This document shows positions 37,868 to 38,149 of a DNA stretch of 38,149 bases, piece after piece (within the stretch, counting starts at the first letter, position 1; each line of letters begins with the position of its first letter). The notes under the pieces are model-generated. The model searched no databases. It was not told where the DNA came from and worked only from the letters and a program-made list of their open reading frames with translations. The DNA lies in NCBI GenBank assembly GCA_903913785.1, contig CAIWMF010000066.1:1-38149 (forward strand), read 5' to 3'. The position numbers were made by a program, and so were the translations under genes. The stretch is from an uncultured Spartobacteria bacterium. GTDB lineage: Bacteria > Verrucomicrobiota > Verrucomicrobiia > Chthoniobacterales > UBA6821.

Positions 37868-38149
37868 ATGATGCTTTCTTCCATGAGTCAACTTGCAAGC
37901 CTTTCTGGCCCTCTCGTGCTTGTTGGCGGGACTTTTGATGGGGTTCACTTAGGCCATCAGGCACTGATTTCTCGAGCCCTAAAAGAAGCACGAATATTAC
38001 AAGCCAAGCTTGTGGTAATGACCTTTGATCAGCATCCTTCGGCATTTTTAAGACCCGAAAGAGCTCCGAAATTACTCACGAATGCCTCGCAAAAAAGAAC
38101 ATTGATCGCATCACTAGGCGCTGATGCACTCCTTGTACTTCCCTTTAAT
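37868..38149 (+). CDS. ribF: Bifunctional riboflavin kinase/FAD synthetase, N-terminal fragment (continues beyond the window)
   Basis: Manual translation gives ..MSQLASLSGPLVLVGGTFDGVHLGHQALISRALKEARILQAKLVVMTFDQHP.., the nucleotidyltransferase GxFDGxHxGH motif. The frame is open from 37853 to the window end, with candidate starts at 37868, 37871 and 37883. It is not in the ORF track because it is edge-truncated. Confidence 0.8.
   Translation, partial: MMLSSMSQLASLSGPLVLVGGTFDGVHLGHQALISRALKEARILQAKLVVMTFDQHPSAFLRPERAPKLLTNASQKRTLIASLGADALLVLPFN

Overview
This window is a gene-dense, mostly housekeeping chromosomal segment from a diderm bacterium. GC looks mid-40s % by eye, and I cannot assign a taxon from sequence alone.

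The recognisable genes are:
- bamA (runs off the 5' edge), a HAD hydrolase and a 2-oxoacid dehydrogenase E1-beta
- a K+-independent H+-pyrophosphatase (hppA), a DUF971 protein and a Bcr/CflA-type MFS transporter
- lysA, a vapBC toxin-antitoxin pair, ligA and ileS-lspA
- 5-formyl-THF cyclo-ligase, mnmA, ribBA, aspS and tRNA-Thr(UGU)
- a 2-oxoacid dehydrogenase E2, a secreted RCC1-like beta-propeller protein, mnmE and nth
- the conserved block nusA-infB-rbfA-nrnA-truB-ribF (ribF runs off the 3' edge)

The two edge-truncated genes, bamA and ribF, are absent from the supplied ORF track. I recovered them by manual translation.

The most unusual feature is non-coding. It is a dense family of intergenic elements bounded by terminal inverted repeats (CCCGSATATTTCAYAC ... 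GTRTGAAATATSCGGG).
- There are 9 two-ended copies and about 8 solo or partial remnants.
- They fall into discrete size classes (57, ~177, 224, 270 and ~301-306 bp) built from shuffled internal modules. One 68-bp module is inverted between copies.
- The flanks are TTAA or CTAG-like, and no transposase is present in the window.
- Element termini are fused directly to the stop codons of 8 genes. One 57-bp mini-copy exactly fills the gap between two convergent stop codons.

Smaller accessory patches are:
- a lysA-ligA islet with a Ser/Asp-rich protein carrying a UIM-like motif, a possible frameshifted continuation of that gene, and vapBC
- a decayed Rpn/YhgA-like remnant flanked by element debris
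- a tRNA-Thr-adjacent long hairpin next to a secreted protein with an internal duplication

I saw no CRISPR array, rRNA, intact transposase or recognisable defence operon. All family assignments rest on motif recognition by eye, because no database searches were possible.
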